Source: a bacterium (GTDB lineage Bacteria; SAR324; XYD2-FULL-50-16). Taken from it: 64,000 bases of DNA. The translations under genes and the position numbers were made by a program. The DNA is taken from NCBI GenBank assembly GCA_032250835.1, contig JAVVEA010000018.1:12428-76427 (forward strand), in the 5' to 3' direction. This document shows, piece after piece, positions 51,355-60,544 of the stretch; the first letter of the stretch is position 1; each line of letters opens with the position of its first letter. A model generated the notes under the pieces. It searched no databases and had not been told where the DNA came from. It was given only the letters and a program-made list of their open reading frames with translations.

Positions 51355-52995
51355 ATGAAGGACATCCTGGTTATTGGCCATAAAAACCCGGACACCGATT
51401 CGGTCTGTTCGGCCTATGCCTACGCCGCCCTCAAGGCACAGCTAGGCGGAGATTTGAACTTTCAGGCCGCCCGCGCCGGCAACCTGAACAAACAAACCCG
51501 CTATATTTTCGACAAATTTAAGGTCGAACCGCCGCCTTACGTCAAAGATGTATACCCCAAGGCTCAGGACGTGATGACCCGCGAGGTCAGCGCCGTTTCC
51601 CCCGAAACGCCGCTGATGCAGGTCATGCAAGCCGCCGAAATGCTAAAAATCCGTTCTACCCCGGTGGTGGACGACCAGCAGCGGCTTCAAGGCCTGATCA
51701 ACATGCTCGACATCACCCATTTCTTTCTAAAGGGCAGTGGCGAAGACCGGCCCAAGTATTTGGTCCGGCCTGAAAACTTAAAGCAAGTTTTGCGCGGAAC
51801 CTGTCTGCAAGAAGGGCAGGTTCAGGAAATGGAAGCCCACTTGATTGCTGGGGCCATGTCGGTTCAGGTCTTCGGCGAGCGCTTTGCTGAAGAAGAGGCC
51901 GAGGCTTGTGTCTTGGTGGTTGGGTTTCGGGAGCGGTTGATCAAAGACGCCTTCAAACGCCAGATTCCGGTGTTGATCCTGACCGGCGTCACCGACCAAG
52001 GGGCCGAGGCGCTGCGCCTACTCAACGGCTTTAAGGGTTGGGTTTTTCTTTCCGAAGACGACACCGCCGACACGCTGCGCAAGGTAGCTTTGGCCACGCC
52101 CGCCAAGTCCATCATGAGCGCCGCGCCCAGCCTGCGCCCCGGTGACTACCTAGAAGAAGCGGCCGCCAAGATGGAAGAGGGCGGCTATAAGAGCCTTCCG
52201 GTGGTAGACGAGGCGGGGCGCCTGATGGGCATCTTGTCGAAAAGCGATATGATGAAGAAGGAACCGCGCCGGTTGATTCTGATGGATCACAACGAAATGA
52301 CCCAGGCGGTAGACGGGGCCGAAGGGGCCGATATTTTGGAGATCGTGGACCACCACCGACTGGGCACCATCAAGACCAAAAATCCGGTTCACTTTTACGC
52401 CAAGCCCGTGGGTAGCACCTGCACGCTGGTTTATCAGCTTTATAAAATCCACGGCCAGGCGATCGACCAGACCACCGCCAGCCTGCTGCTCTGCGGCGTC
52501 TTGACCGATACGGTGATCTTAAAATCCCCGACGGCCACTGATGAAGACCGGGTGGCCATTGACGAGCTATGCCAGATTGCCGGTCAAGACTACCAGCAAC
52601 TGGGCATCGAGCTTTTCAGCGCCACCGACAGCTTGGCGAGCCGCAGCCCCTTGGATGTGATCAACACGGACTTTAAGAAGTTCGAGGAATATGGGGCCGC
52701 CTTCGGGATCGGTCAGGTTGAAGTGGTCACTTTGGGCGACTTGGCCGAATGTGAGGCTGGGTTGCACCAGACCTTAGAGGAGATCAAGCAAGAGAAAGGC
52801 TTGGTTATGGCCATGTTGCTGGTGACGGACATCATCAAGGAAACCAGCATCTTGTTGACCACAGAGCACGAAGGCTTTGCCAAGACCACGGCCTATAAAA
52901 AGCTGGGCCCCAGCAAGTTTGACCTTCCTGGCGTCCTGAGCCGCAAGAAGCAGTTACTTCCCGAGGCCTTGAGGGTCTTCGAAGAACTGGCTTAG
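51355..52995 (+). CDS. ppaC: Mn-dependent family II inorganic pyrophosphatase with CBS-DRTGG insert
   Basis: GHKNPDTDS, CBS pair, DHNE, VDHHR, SRKKQ. Confidence 0.95.
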   Translation: MKDILVIGHKNPDTDSVCSAYAYAALKAQLGGDLNFQAARAGNLNKQTRYIFDKFKVEPPPYVKDVYPKAQDVMTREVSAVSPETPLMQVMQAAEMLKIRSTPVVDDQQRLQGLINMLDITHFFLKGSGEDRPKYLVRPENLKQVLRGTCLQEGQVQEMEAHLIAGAMSVQVFGERFAEEEAEACVLVVGFRERLIKDAFKRQIPVLILTGVTDQGAEALRLLNGFKGWVFLSEDDTADTLRKVALATPAKSIMSAAPSLRPGDYLEEAAAKMEEGGYKSLPVVDEAGRLMGILSKSDMMKKEPRRLILMDHNEMTQAVDGAEGADILEIVDHHRLGTIKTKNPVHFYAKPVGSTCTLVYQLYKIHGQAIDQTTASLLLCGVLTDTVILKSPTATDEDRVAIDELCQIAGQDYQQLGIELFSATDSLASRSPLDVINTDFKKFEEYGAAFGIGQVEVVTLGDLAECEAGLHQTLEEIKQEKGLVMAMLLVTDIIKETSILLTTEHEGFAKTTAYKKLGPSKFDLPGVLSRKKQLLPEALRVFEELA

Positions 52996-53002
52996 GGCCT
53001 TT

Positions 53003-54055
53003 TTAACGGGGCCGCGCCATCGGCCAAGCCCAGAATCCCACCAAAACCGCGTAGGCTCCCCAAAGGGGGCCTAGCGGCAACTCCCAATGCCAGCCCAGCG
53101 CCAAGCACCACGCCAGCAGCATAGCACCCAATAAGGACCAGTCTGCCCGCTTTAAGGGGCGCAATGCCGCCTGGGTCTGCAAGGTGGTAGGCAGGACCAA
53201 CCCTAAGAGCAGAAAGATCCCAAAAGACAACAGTCCCGCTGGCTCAGTGACCGCTAGACCCCGACCGGTAGAAGCTAAGATCAACCCTCCCCCGGCCAAA
53301 TACCAGCCGATTTTAAGGGTCCGGACGGCCCGTACGGGCTGGTCAAAGGATCGCCCAAAGATCACTAACCCGATCCCTGAAGCCATCACGGCAAGGTCTA
53401 GGTAGAGCGGCTGTTCGGCAATCCAGCCATATAGATAGCCAGCTAAAGCCAGCCCGCCAGCGGCCCAAAGCGGCCAAGGAGTGGCCCGCCCGGTGTGGGC
53501 GTGGTAGAGCCAAGGTAAGACAAAGAAAAAAAGCGCAATCAGCGCATGGGCGGCCACCACCGAAGCGCTGAAAAAGGCATATTTGCCGCCATAAAAGCGG
53601 TCTAAGACCATCATGCCGCCCCAGTTAGCGACCACAAACAAACCGACCACTACCGGCCCCAAACCTTCGAGCCCTCCCTTACCGCGCCTGGCCCAAGCGG
53701 TCCGTGCGGCGACCAAGGAAAAGAGATAGAGGGCCATGGGGGCGGCGTAGTGACCGCCTAGATAAAAGGCCCAGCGATTTGAGCCCAGCATCCCCACCAC
53801 AAAGGCCATCAACCCGGCGCTCAACAACCAAGGCAGCGTCGCGCTCAAACGGGGCCAGACCACCGGGCCGGGGAGTTCTAGGAAGGAGGCAAAAAAGAGG
53901 GGCACCAAGAAACCCAGCGTCAGCAAATGGACCATGCTAGGCAGCAGTTGGCTCGCTGGCTGAGCCCAGAGGGGGATTCCGGAAAGGGCCCCTAAGAGCG
54001 GAGAGGCGATCAACCCGGTCCAGGCGATTTGTCGCAACAGTAGTGGTTGGTTCAT
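53003..54055 (-). CDS. Polytopic membrane protein with TM histidines (HLLTLGF motif)
   Basis: Highly hydrophobic 350 aa; MVHLLTLGFL, AAHALI. Confidence 0.65.
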   Translation of the reverse strand: MNQPLLLRQIAWTGLIASPLLGALSGIPLWAQPASQLLPSMVHLLTLGFLVPLFFASFLELPGPVVWPRLSATLPWLLSAGLMAFVVGMLGSNRWAFYLGGHYAAPMALYLFSLVAARTAWARRGKGGLEGLGPVVVGLFVVANWGGMMVLDRFYGGKYAFFSASVVAAHALIALFFFVLPWLYHAHTGRATPWPLWAAGGLALAGYLYGWIAEQPLYLDLAVMASGIGLVIFGRSFDQPVRAVRTLKIGWYLAGGGLILASTGRGLAVTEPAGLLSFGIFLLLGLVLPTTLQTQAALRPLKRADWSLLGAMLLAWCLALGWHWELPLGPLWGAYAVLVGFWAWPMARPR

Positions 54056-54261
54056 GAAGGTCTAGTTTGGGTGTGCTTCTAAGATGTCTATTAGCGGGAA
54101 TCTGGTCAAGAAAGTTGAACTAAGGAGATTGCCCTATGATGGCAATATGGAAAATATTGGCAAAAATGAGCGTAAAACAAAATATGTGAATAAATTCAAA
54201 TATATAAAATAATTATGTCTAATTTGAATGTCTCATGGGCGGAAAAAAATGCAAAAAAAGG

Positions 54262-54291
54262 TTGCCAATCGATCATATTCCGACTTATCAT
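54262..54291 (+). promoter_or_regulatory. Sigma70-like promoter with AT-rich upstream region
   Basis: TTGCCA-18-TATCAT preceded by A-tracts. Confidence 0.45.
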
Positions 54292-54347
54292 AAGGCAAAT
54301 GCCCTAGGACACTTCTTGCAGGGATTCCACTCGGAGTAGTCAAGGAA

Positions 54348-54722
54348 ATGAGAGATACCAAGGAAAGGGTTAAAGGATTTTACCAGAAATACCGGCTCGC
54401 TCGGGAGATCAACGAAATGATCCACCAACGTAACCGCGAACTAGGTGAATCGGGAGAAGAACTCTCTCGTTTGGGTTTGGGGAGCTTTTTCGATACCCAG
54501 AAGCGAGGCCCGGTATATAGCATGGCCTTGCGGCATTGGGCACCAGAGTCCTTGCTCAAACTGCGGGCTCAGTTGCAGGCCGAAACCTGCGAGCGCCGTG
54601 AAGCGCTTGATAAATTAGACTGGGGACGGCGGCAATTACGCAGCCTGTCTTCGAGCATGAATCGGAGTTATCTGTTGCAGCTGCGGGAGGTGGAGAGCCG
54701 CTTCCGCCAGCAACTTGGTTAA
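54348..54722 (+). CDS. Hypothetical basic helical protein (124 aa)
   Basis: AAGGA SD-like sequence, Arg/Glu-rich ORF, no recognisable family. Confidence 0.7.
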   Translation: MRDTKERVKGFYQKYRLAREINEMIHQRNRELGESGEELSRLGLGSFFDTQKRGPVYSMALRHWAPESLLKLRAQLQAETCERREALDKLDWGRRQLRSLSSSMNRSYLLQLREVESRFRQQLG

Positions 54723-54738
54723 ATTTTACGTATCGGTT

Positions 54739-54923
54739 CAGGACGGCCTGGCTATCAGCGCCCCCTCAGCCCCCCAGCTGGGCCGTCCTGTTTAAAAACC
54801 ACCGCTTAACGGACGGTTCTGGCTATCAGCGCCCCCTCAGCCCCCCAGCCGGGGCCGTCCGTTATCCCTTGGGTAGGTCAAGCCTATCAGCGCCCCCTCA
54901 GCCCCCAAAGCTTGGCCTACCCA
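54739..54923 (+). ncRNA. Candidate sRNA: three hairpins with an identical C-rich loop
   Basis: CTATCAGCGCCCCCTCAGCCCCC at 54752, 54823 and 54884, each closed by a different 14-18-bp stem; G-U pairs only on the + strand. Confidence 0.7.
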
Positions 54924-54929
54924 TTCAAC

Positions 54930-54958
54930 TTGCCCGCCTGTGCTACCCTTGGTAAACT
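54930..54958 (+). promoter_or_regulatory. Sigma70-like promoter of the GT2 gene (possibly leaderless)
   Basis: TTGCCC-17-TAAACT with ATG 6 nt downstream and no SD. Confidence 0.45.
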
Positions 54959-54964
54959 GGCCCC

Positions 54965-55705
54965 ATGAGCCAGCCCCAACTAAACCAGCCCGACTATTCG
55001 ATCATTATCCCAGCCTATAACGAGGCGGAGTATCTCGGCGATACTTTGGCGGCCTTGCGTTCGGCAATGGAGGCCGTTCCTTGGACCGGGGAAGTGATCC
55101 TTTGCGACAACAACTCAACGGACCAAACCGCCCAATTGGCCCAAGCAGCCGGGGCTTTGGTGGTTTTTGAGCCGCTCAATCAGATTGCCCGTGCCCGCAA
55201 CACCGGGGCCCGAGCGGCCCAGGGGCGGTTCCTGATCTTCTTAGACGCCGATACCTGGGTTCAAGCAGAGCACCTCACCGCCGCCCTGACCCGCTTAGAT
55301 AGCGATTTCGCCGGGGGAGGGGCCCTGGTGGCTTTGGACCAAGCTAGATTTGACCTAGCCTTCATATGGAACCGGTTTTCTAAGGCCGCGCAATTGGTGG
55401 CGGGCTGTTTCTTTTGGATGCGCCGTGAGGCCTTTGATGAACTCGGTGGATTTAGCGAGGCGGTCTATGCCTCCGAAGAGATCTGGTTTGCCCGCCGACT
55501 CAAAGGCTGGGCCAAGCAGCGGGGCCTGAAGTTTGGCATTTTGGAACTGCCGGTCACCACTAGCAACCGCAAAGCCCAGTGGTTTTCTCCCTGGGCCCAT
55601 TTGGGGTTGGTATTGATGCTGCTTTTGTTTCCCTGGGCGGTGCGTTATCGTTCGCTGATGGGCTTTTGGTATGATCGTCCTAAAAAGAGCTTGCCCAAAA
55701 GGTAA
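54965..55705 (+). CDS. Glycosyltransferase family 2
   Basis: SIIIPAYNE, DNNSTD, ARARNTG, FLDAD. Confidence 0.92.
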   Translation: MSQPQLNQPDYSIIIPAYNEAEYLGDTLAALRSAMEAVPWTGEVILCDNNSTDQTAQLAQAAGALVVFEPLNQIARARNTGARAAQGRFLIFLDADTWVQAEHLTAALTRLDSDFAGGGALVALDQARFDLAFIWNRFSKAAQLVAGCFFWMRREAFDELGGFSEAVYASEEIWFARRLKGWAKQRGLKFGILELPVTTSNRKAQWFSPWAHLGLVLMLLLFPWAVRYRSLMGFWYDRPKKSLPKR

Positions 55706-55763
55706 AGGGAGGCTATAAATCGAGATTCTTAAATTCGCCAATAACCTTTGCAAAGGCCGACTA

Positions 55764-55955
55764 ATGTCCATGCAATGCGAAGTTTGTGGGAAAGGACCCA
55801 GCACTGGCTTCAACGTAAGCCACGCCCACAACAAGACCAAAAAGAGATGGTTGCCCAACTTACAGACCGTTAGGGTCAAGAAGAGCAACGGTAATACGAT
55901 GAAACTTAAGGTTTGCGCCAGCTGTATCCGCAGCGGTAAAACTGTACCCAAGTAA
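55764..55955 (+). CDS. rpmB: 50S ribosomal protein L28
   Basis: [30 protein letters not shown]. Confidence 0.97.
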   Translation: MSMQCEVCGKGPSTGFNVSHAHNKTKKRWLPNLQTVRVKKSNGNTMKLKVCASCIRSGKTVPK

Positions 55956-55977
55956 TTCGCATTATCAAAGGGGTTCT

Positions 55978-56580
55978 ATGAAGTTCGTCAATAAAAACGA
56001 GTTCGACGCCAAGGAGTTCGAGACCACGCCTGCTGAGGCATTGGAGGCGCGTCGTCAGAACCCTGCTCCGATCATCATCGACGTCCGCAGTCCCGATGAG
56101 TTCCGCGAGAGCCATCTGGCCGGTTCAAACAACCTGCCGGCTGAGTTCTTGGAAGACAACTTAATGCAGTTGCCTCCCTTTGCGCCGATCATCATCTACG
56201 GCACCGCCGACGATGCGAAGACCGCCGAATCGATCCAACTGTTGCGCGACAACGGCTTTGATGAGATCACCTTCGTGACCGGTGGCTTACCTGCACTGAT
56301 GGAAGCCCTACAAGCAGACCCCAACGAGGTCTTCTTGAAGGACATGCCTAAGTCCGAGTGGAGCCATAAGATCGAAGAGATCTTAGACGAGCGCGTCCGT
56401 CCTGCCTTGGCCGCCGACGGTGGGGGCATTGTGCTCAACAAGATCGACGAAGACAAGGTTTACATCAACTACCAAGGAGCTTGCACCGGTTGTGCTAGTT
56501 CCTCGACCGGAACGCTGCGCTTTATCCAAAATACGCTGCGTGTTTCCTTGAACCACCCCGTTGAGGTGATCTCGGTCTAA
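55978..56580 (+). CDS. Rhodanese-like domain fused to NifU/Nfu C-terminal domain
   Basis: IIDVRSPDEFRESHLAGS; VRPALAADGG..YQGACTGC. Confidence 0.85.
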   Translation: MKFVNKNEFDAKEFETTPAEALEARRQNPAPIIIDVRSPDEFRESHLAGSNNLPAEFLEDNLMQLPPFAPIIIYGTADDAKTAESIQLLRDNGFDEITFVTGGLPALMEALQADPNEVFLKDMPKSEWSHKIEEILDERVRPALAADGGGIVLNKIDEDKVYINYQGACTGCASSSTGTLRFIQNTLRVSLNHPVEVISV

Positions 56581-56587
56581 TCCCCCT

Positions 56588-57277
56588 ATGGGTCTTATCC
56601 GCCCCGCCCTTTTCGTGCTTTCAGCGCCGAGCGGTAGCGGGAAGACCTCGTTGATCAAAGAGGCCCTTGGCCGCCTAAAATTCCTCACCCTTTCGCTTTC
56701 GACGACCACCCGCCCGCCCAGGGCCGGGGAAACCGAAGGGGTGGACTACCACTTTACCGACCCAGACGATTTCAGCCGCAGCATAGACGCCGGGGAGTTC
56801 CTTGAATGGGCCTGCGTTTACGGCAACTACTACGGAACTTCGGCCAAGCGTATTGCTGAGGCCCAGGACCGTGGGCTTTCGGTTTTGCTGGACATTGACG
56901 TACAGGGCGCTATGCAGCTCAAAGAGTTGCCCGGTTTTTTGGCTCATTATGTTTTTATCAAGCCGCCCAGCATCGAAGAATTAGAAAGGCGCTTGACCGG
57001 GCGCGGTAGCGAGTCACCCGAGACGTTGGCCAAACGGTTGGGCAACGCTGTACATGAATTAACCTTCCAAGACCAATACGATTCTGTTATCCTCAATGAT
57101 GACTTAATCACCGCCGAGGACAAGTTTTTAAAGCTTCTGATCGCCCGGTCTATCAACCTAGACCTCGCTCGAAAGGAATCTAAAGAAACGCTGCTCTCTG
57201 CGCTTTGCCGCCAATCAGGGGACCTGCGGATAGCGACCTTGGTTGACCAAATATTGGAGTCCCCCGCCCCGACATGA
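56588..57277 (+). CDS. gmk: Guanylate kinase
   Basis: SAPSGSGKTS, TTRPPRAGETEGVDYHF, YYGTS, LDIDVQGA. Confidence 0.96.
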   Translation: MGLIRPALFVLSAPSGSGKTSLIKEALGRLKFLTLSLSTTTRPPRAGETEGVDYHFTDPDDFSRSIDAGEFLEWACVYGNYYGTSAKRIAEAQDRGLSVLLDIDVQGAMQLKELPGFLAHYVFIKPPSIEELERRLTGRGSESPETLAKRLGNAVHELTFQDQYDSVILNDDLITAEDKFLKLLIARSINLDLARKESKETLLSALCRQSGDLRIATLVDQILESPAPT

Positions 57278-59424
57278 TCCGGATCGAACAAATCATATCC
57301 GAGTTCAAGTCTTATAACCCCAATGCGGACGTCTCTCCGCTCCAAAAGGCCTACATCCTCGCCGCGCGCCTCTTGGCGTCTCCTTCTGGCCTGGTGGCCC
57401 AGCCGATTGCCGAACATTTGGAAGTCGCCCACATCTTGGTGGGGCTGAAACTGGATATTGAATCCATTGTTTCAGGGTTGCTCTACTCGACGATCAAAGA
57501 ACACCGTACCAGTGCCGCCGAACTTTCGGGGCATATTGGCGAAGCGACTGCGAAGATAGTAGAGGCTTTAGATGCCCTCCCCGGCTGGACCGGAGAGCGC
57601 ACCGGAAAAGACGAGATGGCCGAGGCAATGCGCGAGTTGGTCTTGGCGGCAAGTCAGGACCCAAGGGTGATCTTCATCAAACTAGCCGTTCGGTTGGTGC
57701 GGCTGCGGCATTGGAGTTCGATCTTGCGGCAAAAGTCTAAGGGCTTTGGCTCCGAGACTTTGGAAATCTTTGCTCCCTTAGCCGAGCGCTTGGGCCTGAA
57801 CCACCTTAAGGTGGAGCTAGAGGACCGCGCCTTTGCGTTGATCCACCCGAAAGAATTCCAAGCAATCCAGAAGTTTTTAGAAAGCCAACGTGAAGCCCAT
57901 TTGGCCTTTTTGCAGGCTCTTCAAGAGGAGTTACTGCGGCTGTTGGCCTTAGATCATATTGAGGCGGTGATCCACAACCGGATCAAACACAGCTTTTCGA
58001 TATACCAGAAGGCGCGGAAATATGATGTCCATTATCAGGACATCCACGACCTTCTGGGTTTGCGTATCCTGACTAAATCGAAAGACGAGGCCTATAAGGT
58101 ATTGGGCTTGGTGCATGGCCGGTTTAACCCGGTCCACGGTCGGTTTAAGGACTACATCGCTTTCCCGAAGGCCAACGGCTACCAAAGCCTGCACACTATG
58201 GTGCTTAACGACCAAGGGACCGGGTTTGAGGTGCAAATCCGTACCGAAGAGATGCACCATGTTGCCGAGTTGGGCGTGGCCGCTCATTGGTCTTATAAAG
58301 CCGCCCTGCCTAAGGCCGAAAAGTCGAATTCCAGTTTGGCTTGGTTGAACGAACTCTCCCAAAGCCTGGGAATCGCCGCAGACCCTAAGGAGTCTTTAGA
58401 GATATTCACCCGAGAACTCTATTCGGACCTAGTTTACGCCTATTCACCGAAGGGAAAGATCATCAAACTGCCTGCGGGATCAACGGTGCTTGATTTTGCC
58501 TATGCGATCCACACAGACCTGGGCAACCGCTGCATTGGAGCGAAAATCGACGGGCGGATTCTGCCGGTGCAGCACCGCTTGCACCATGGCGACCAAGTGA
58601 GCATTTTGACTAGCGAAGAGGCCCATCCGACCCAGTCCTGGCTTGCTTACGCACGCACCACCCGCGCCTTGAGCCAAATCCGCCAGGGGCTGCGCAAGCG
58701 CGAGAACAAAGAGGCGCTTAAGCTGGGGCGAGAAATCTTTGTGGAGCAAATCCAGCGCTTTGAAATTCCCTTGGACGAGTTTTCTGAGTCCGCCGAGTTC
58801 CAGGGATTTTTACTGAAGCACGGATACGAGGATGCGGCCGCCTATTGGACCCAGATGGGTTTTGGGAATGCTAGCATGAACGAGTTGAAGGCCTATTTGC
58901 TCTCAATCAACGAGCATATCCCACAGCGCCAGTCGCGCAAGTTGGTTTTGCCCTTCCAGCGCAAAGTGGACGTAGTGGAGATACCGGGCTTAGAGGACAT
59001 CCAGGTCCGCATTGCTAAATGCTGCGCCCCGATCCATGGCGATGCGATCTCTGGTTTGATGATTCAAGGCGAGGGCGTCTCGGTCCACCAAACGGACTGT
59101 AAATACCTCACCGGCATTGACCCCAAACGGCTGGTGGAGGCTCAGTGGGTTTTACGGCCCGAGGACCGTAAGACGGTTAAGGTGGTTTTGCATTTTGACG
59201 CAGACATCAAGACCCATGTGCAGATCATGCGCATCTTCGCCTCGGCCAAGGTGGTCTTGCAGGAGTGCCACCACCGCTTGGTGGAAAACCGCAGCACCCA
59301 AGAGGTCATCTGCCAAGTCGCCAGCCTCGACCAACTAGCCAAAATCCTCAAACGCCTCAACAACCTAAACCCCGTCACCGCAAGGCGCGTCTTCGACTCG
59401 CCCGAAGAAGAGGCGGTGGGGTAG
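57274..59424 (+). CDS. relA: Long RelA/SpoT homolog ((p)ppGpp synthetase, TGS, ZFD, ACT) with degenerate HD domain
   Basis: RFKDYIAFPKANGYQSLHT, EVQIRT, GVAAHWSYK, DFAYAIHT, AKCCAP; HD position reads LLYSTIKE. Confidence 0.92.
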   Translation: MIRIEQIISEFKSYNPNADVSPLQKAYILAARLLASPSGLVAQPIAEHLEVAHILVGLKLDIESIVSGLLYSTIKEHRTSAAELSGHIGEATAKIVEALDALPGWTGERTGKDEMAEAMRELVLAASQDPRVIFIKLAVRLVRLRHWSSILRQKSKGFGSETLEIFAPLAERLGLNHLKVELEDRAFALIHPKEFQAIQKFLESQREAHLAFLQALQEELLRLLALDHIEAVIHNRIKHSFSIYQKARKYDVHYQDIHDLLGLRILTKSKDEAYKVLGLVHGRFNPVHGRFKDYIAFPKANGYQSLHTMVLNDQGTGFEVQIRTEEMHHVAELGVAAHWSYKAALPKAEKSNSSLAWLNELSQSLGIAADPKESLEIFTRELYSDLVYAYSPKGKIIKLPAGSTVLDFAYAIHTDLGNRCIGAKIDGRILPVQHRLHHGDQVSILTSEEAHPTQSWLAYARTTRALSQIRQGLRKRENKEALKLGREIFVEQIQRFEIPLDEFSESAEFQGFLLKHGYEDAAAYWTQMGFGNASMNELKAYLLSINEHIPQRQSRKLVLPFQRKVDVVEIPGLEDIQVRIAKCCAPIHGDAISGLMIQGEGVSVHQTDCKYLTGIDPKRLVEAQWVLRPEDRKTVKVVLHFDADIKTHVQIMRIFASAKVVLQECHHRLVENRSTQEVICQVASLDQLAKILKRLNNLNPVTARRVFDSPEEEAVG

Positions 59425-59426
59425 TT
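59235..59426 (+). repeat. relA 3'-end repeat, copy 1 (native, coding)
   Basis: Matches 60545-60707 and 62628-62817. Confidence 0.95.
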
Positions 59427-59627
59427 GGTAATAAGGTTGAAGGCTTTTTAGCTGGGTTTGGGCTTTGTATCCCTTTTGTCAATATCTGGTATATCTGTGA
59501 CAAGGCATACTTTCCGCGTGTCGGTCAAACCAGTAAAATGGCATATAGCTGTTGAATAGGAATGCCTAACAATGTTACTTTTAGACTCTAGAGACGCATA
59601 GCGTGTTTATAACGGAGGCTTAGTATT

Positions 59628-59900
59628 ATGAGCGTAAAACTAGCGGTACGATTGGGGGCTGCCGGTCTTACCCAAGGGGTTGCCAATGACCGTTTGGGCG
59701 GCATTTCTGTGACGACCGCCATGTTCGTTGGCGCTGCCCAACTCCTTGGGCAGGTGCCCAAGGTTCGAGGGCTCAATCCAATAACCCCGGTGCAGGTTAT
59801 GTCGGATGCAGAGGCTATGCAAAACGATTGGAGCGCCGTTGGAACGGATATCGGCGAAGCCATGCACCAATTTAGCATAGAAGATGACAGATCAGCCTAA
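59628..59900 (+). CDS. Small hypothetical protein partnered with DUF2335
   Basis: SD GGAGG; C-terminal SDAEAMQNDWSAVGTDIGEAM, a motif I associate with genes upstream of DUF2335. Confidence 0.65.
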   Translation: MSVKLAVRLGAAGLTQGVANDRLGGISVTTAMFVGAAQLLGQVPKVRGLNPITPVQVMSDAEAMQNDWSAVGTDIGEAMHQFSIEDDRSA

Positions 59901-60453
59901 TCTCCCACTGGAAGAACCTGACGAGTCTTCTGATTCGTTGCCAACGATTCCGGAGCAGACGGTCCAAGAAATTGCGCGACAAGTCACTCAATCGAGCGGT
60001 GGTAAACTGACTGAGGAAGAGGCGTCGAACATCGCTCGTAAGGCCCTTCAGATGCGGGTCACGCGTAGGGTGTCGCAATCTGGTCCGTTGCCCCGTCCTG
60101 AGGTGATGGGTGGGTACGAGAAGATTTTACCTGGTGCTGCAGAGCGAATCATGGCAATGGCGGAGCGGCAAGCTGCGCACAGGCAGGAATTAGAGCGTGA
60201 GCAGGTCGTAAATCAGGTCAAATTGTTGAGTACGCGGGAGGAAAAACTTTGGGGGAACGCACGATTGGGGATTTGGTTGGCTTTTATTATCTGTTTGGTG
60301 GTGGTTAGTGTGGGAGCTTGGCTTGTTGCCTCAGGCAACGTGATAGGTGGTGGTGTGGCTTTGGGCTTGTCCTCTTTGGCTGCAGCCTTTATCTACGGTT
60401 CTCAAGGTAAACGCACCCCCGATGCGCCTCGCGAGACTTCTTCAGAAACGTAG
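59884..60453 (+). CDS. DUF2335 domain membrane protein
   Basis: SGPLPRPEVMGGYEKILPGAAERIMAMAERQAAHR plus two C-terminal TM segments. Confidence 0.88.
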   Translation: MTDQPNLPLEEPDESSDSLPTIPEQTVQEIARQVTQSSGGKLTEEEASNIARKALQMRVTRRVSQSGPLPRPEVMGGYEKILPGAAERIMAMAERQAAHRQELEREQVVNQVKLLSTREEKLWGNARLGIWLAFIICLVVVSVGAWLVASGNVIGGGVALGLSSLAAAFIYGSQGKRTPDAPRETSSET

Positions 60454-60544
60454 GGTACGACGCCCAGAGGCACCGTGTCATATCCCTATATAACACCTAC
60501 AAACCCGCTTAATCTCCATTCCCCGCTTATCCCTCACTCGATCA

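Noticed and set aside
54752-54906. Mini CRISPR array (23-nt repeat x3)
   Set aside because: The spacers are unequal (48 and 38 nt) and form the stems around each repeat; no cas genes in the window
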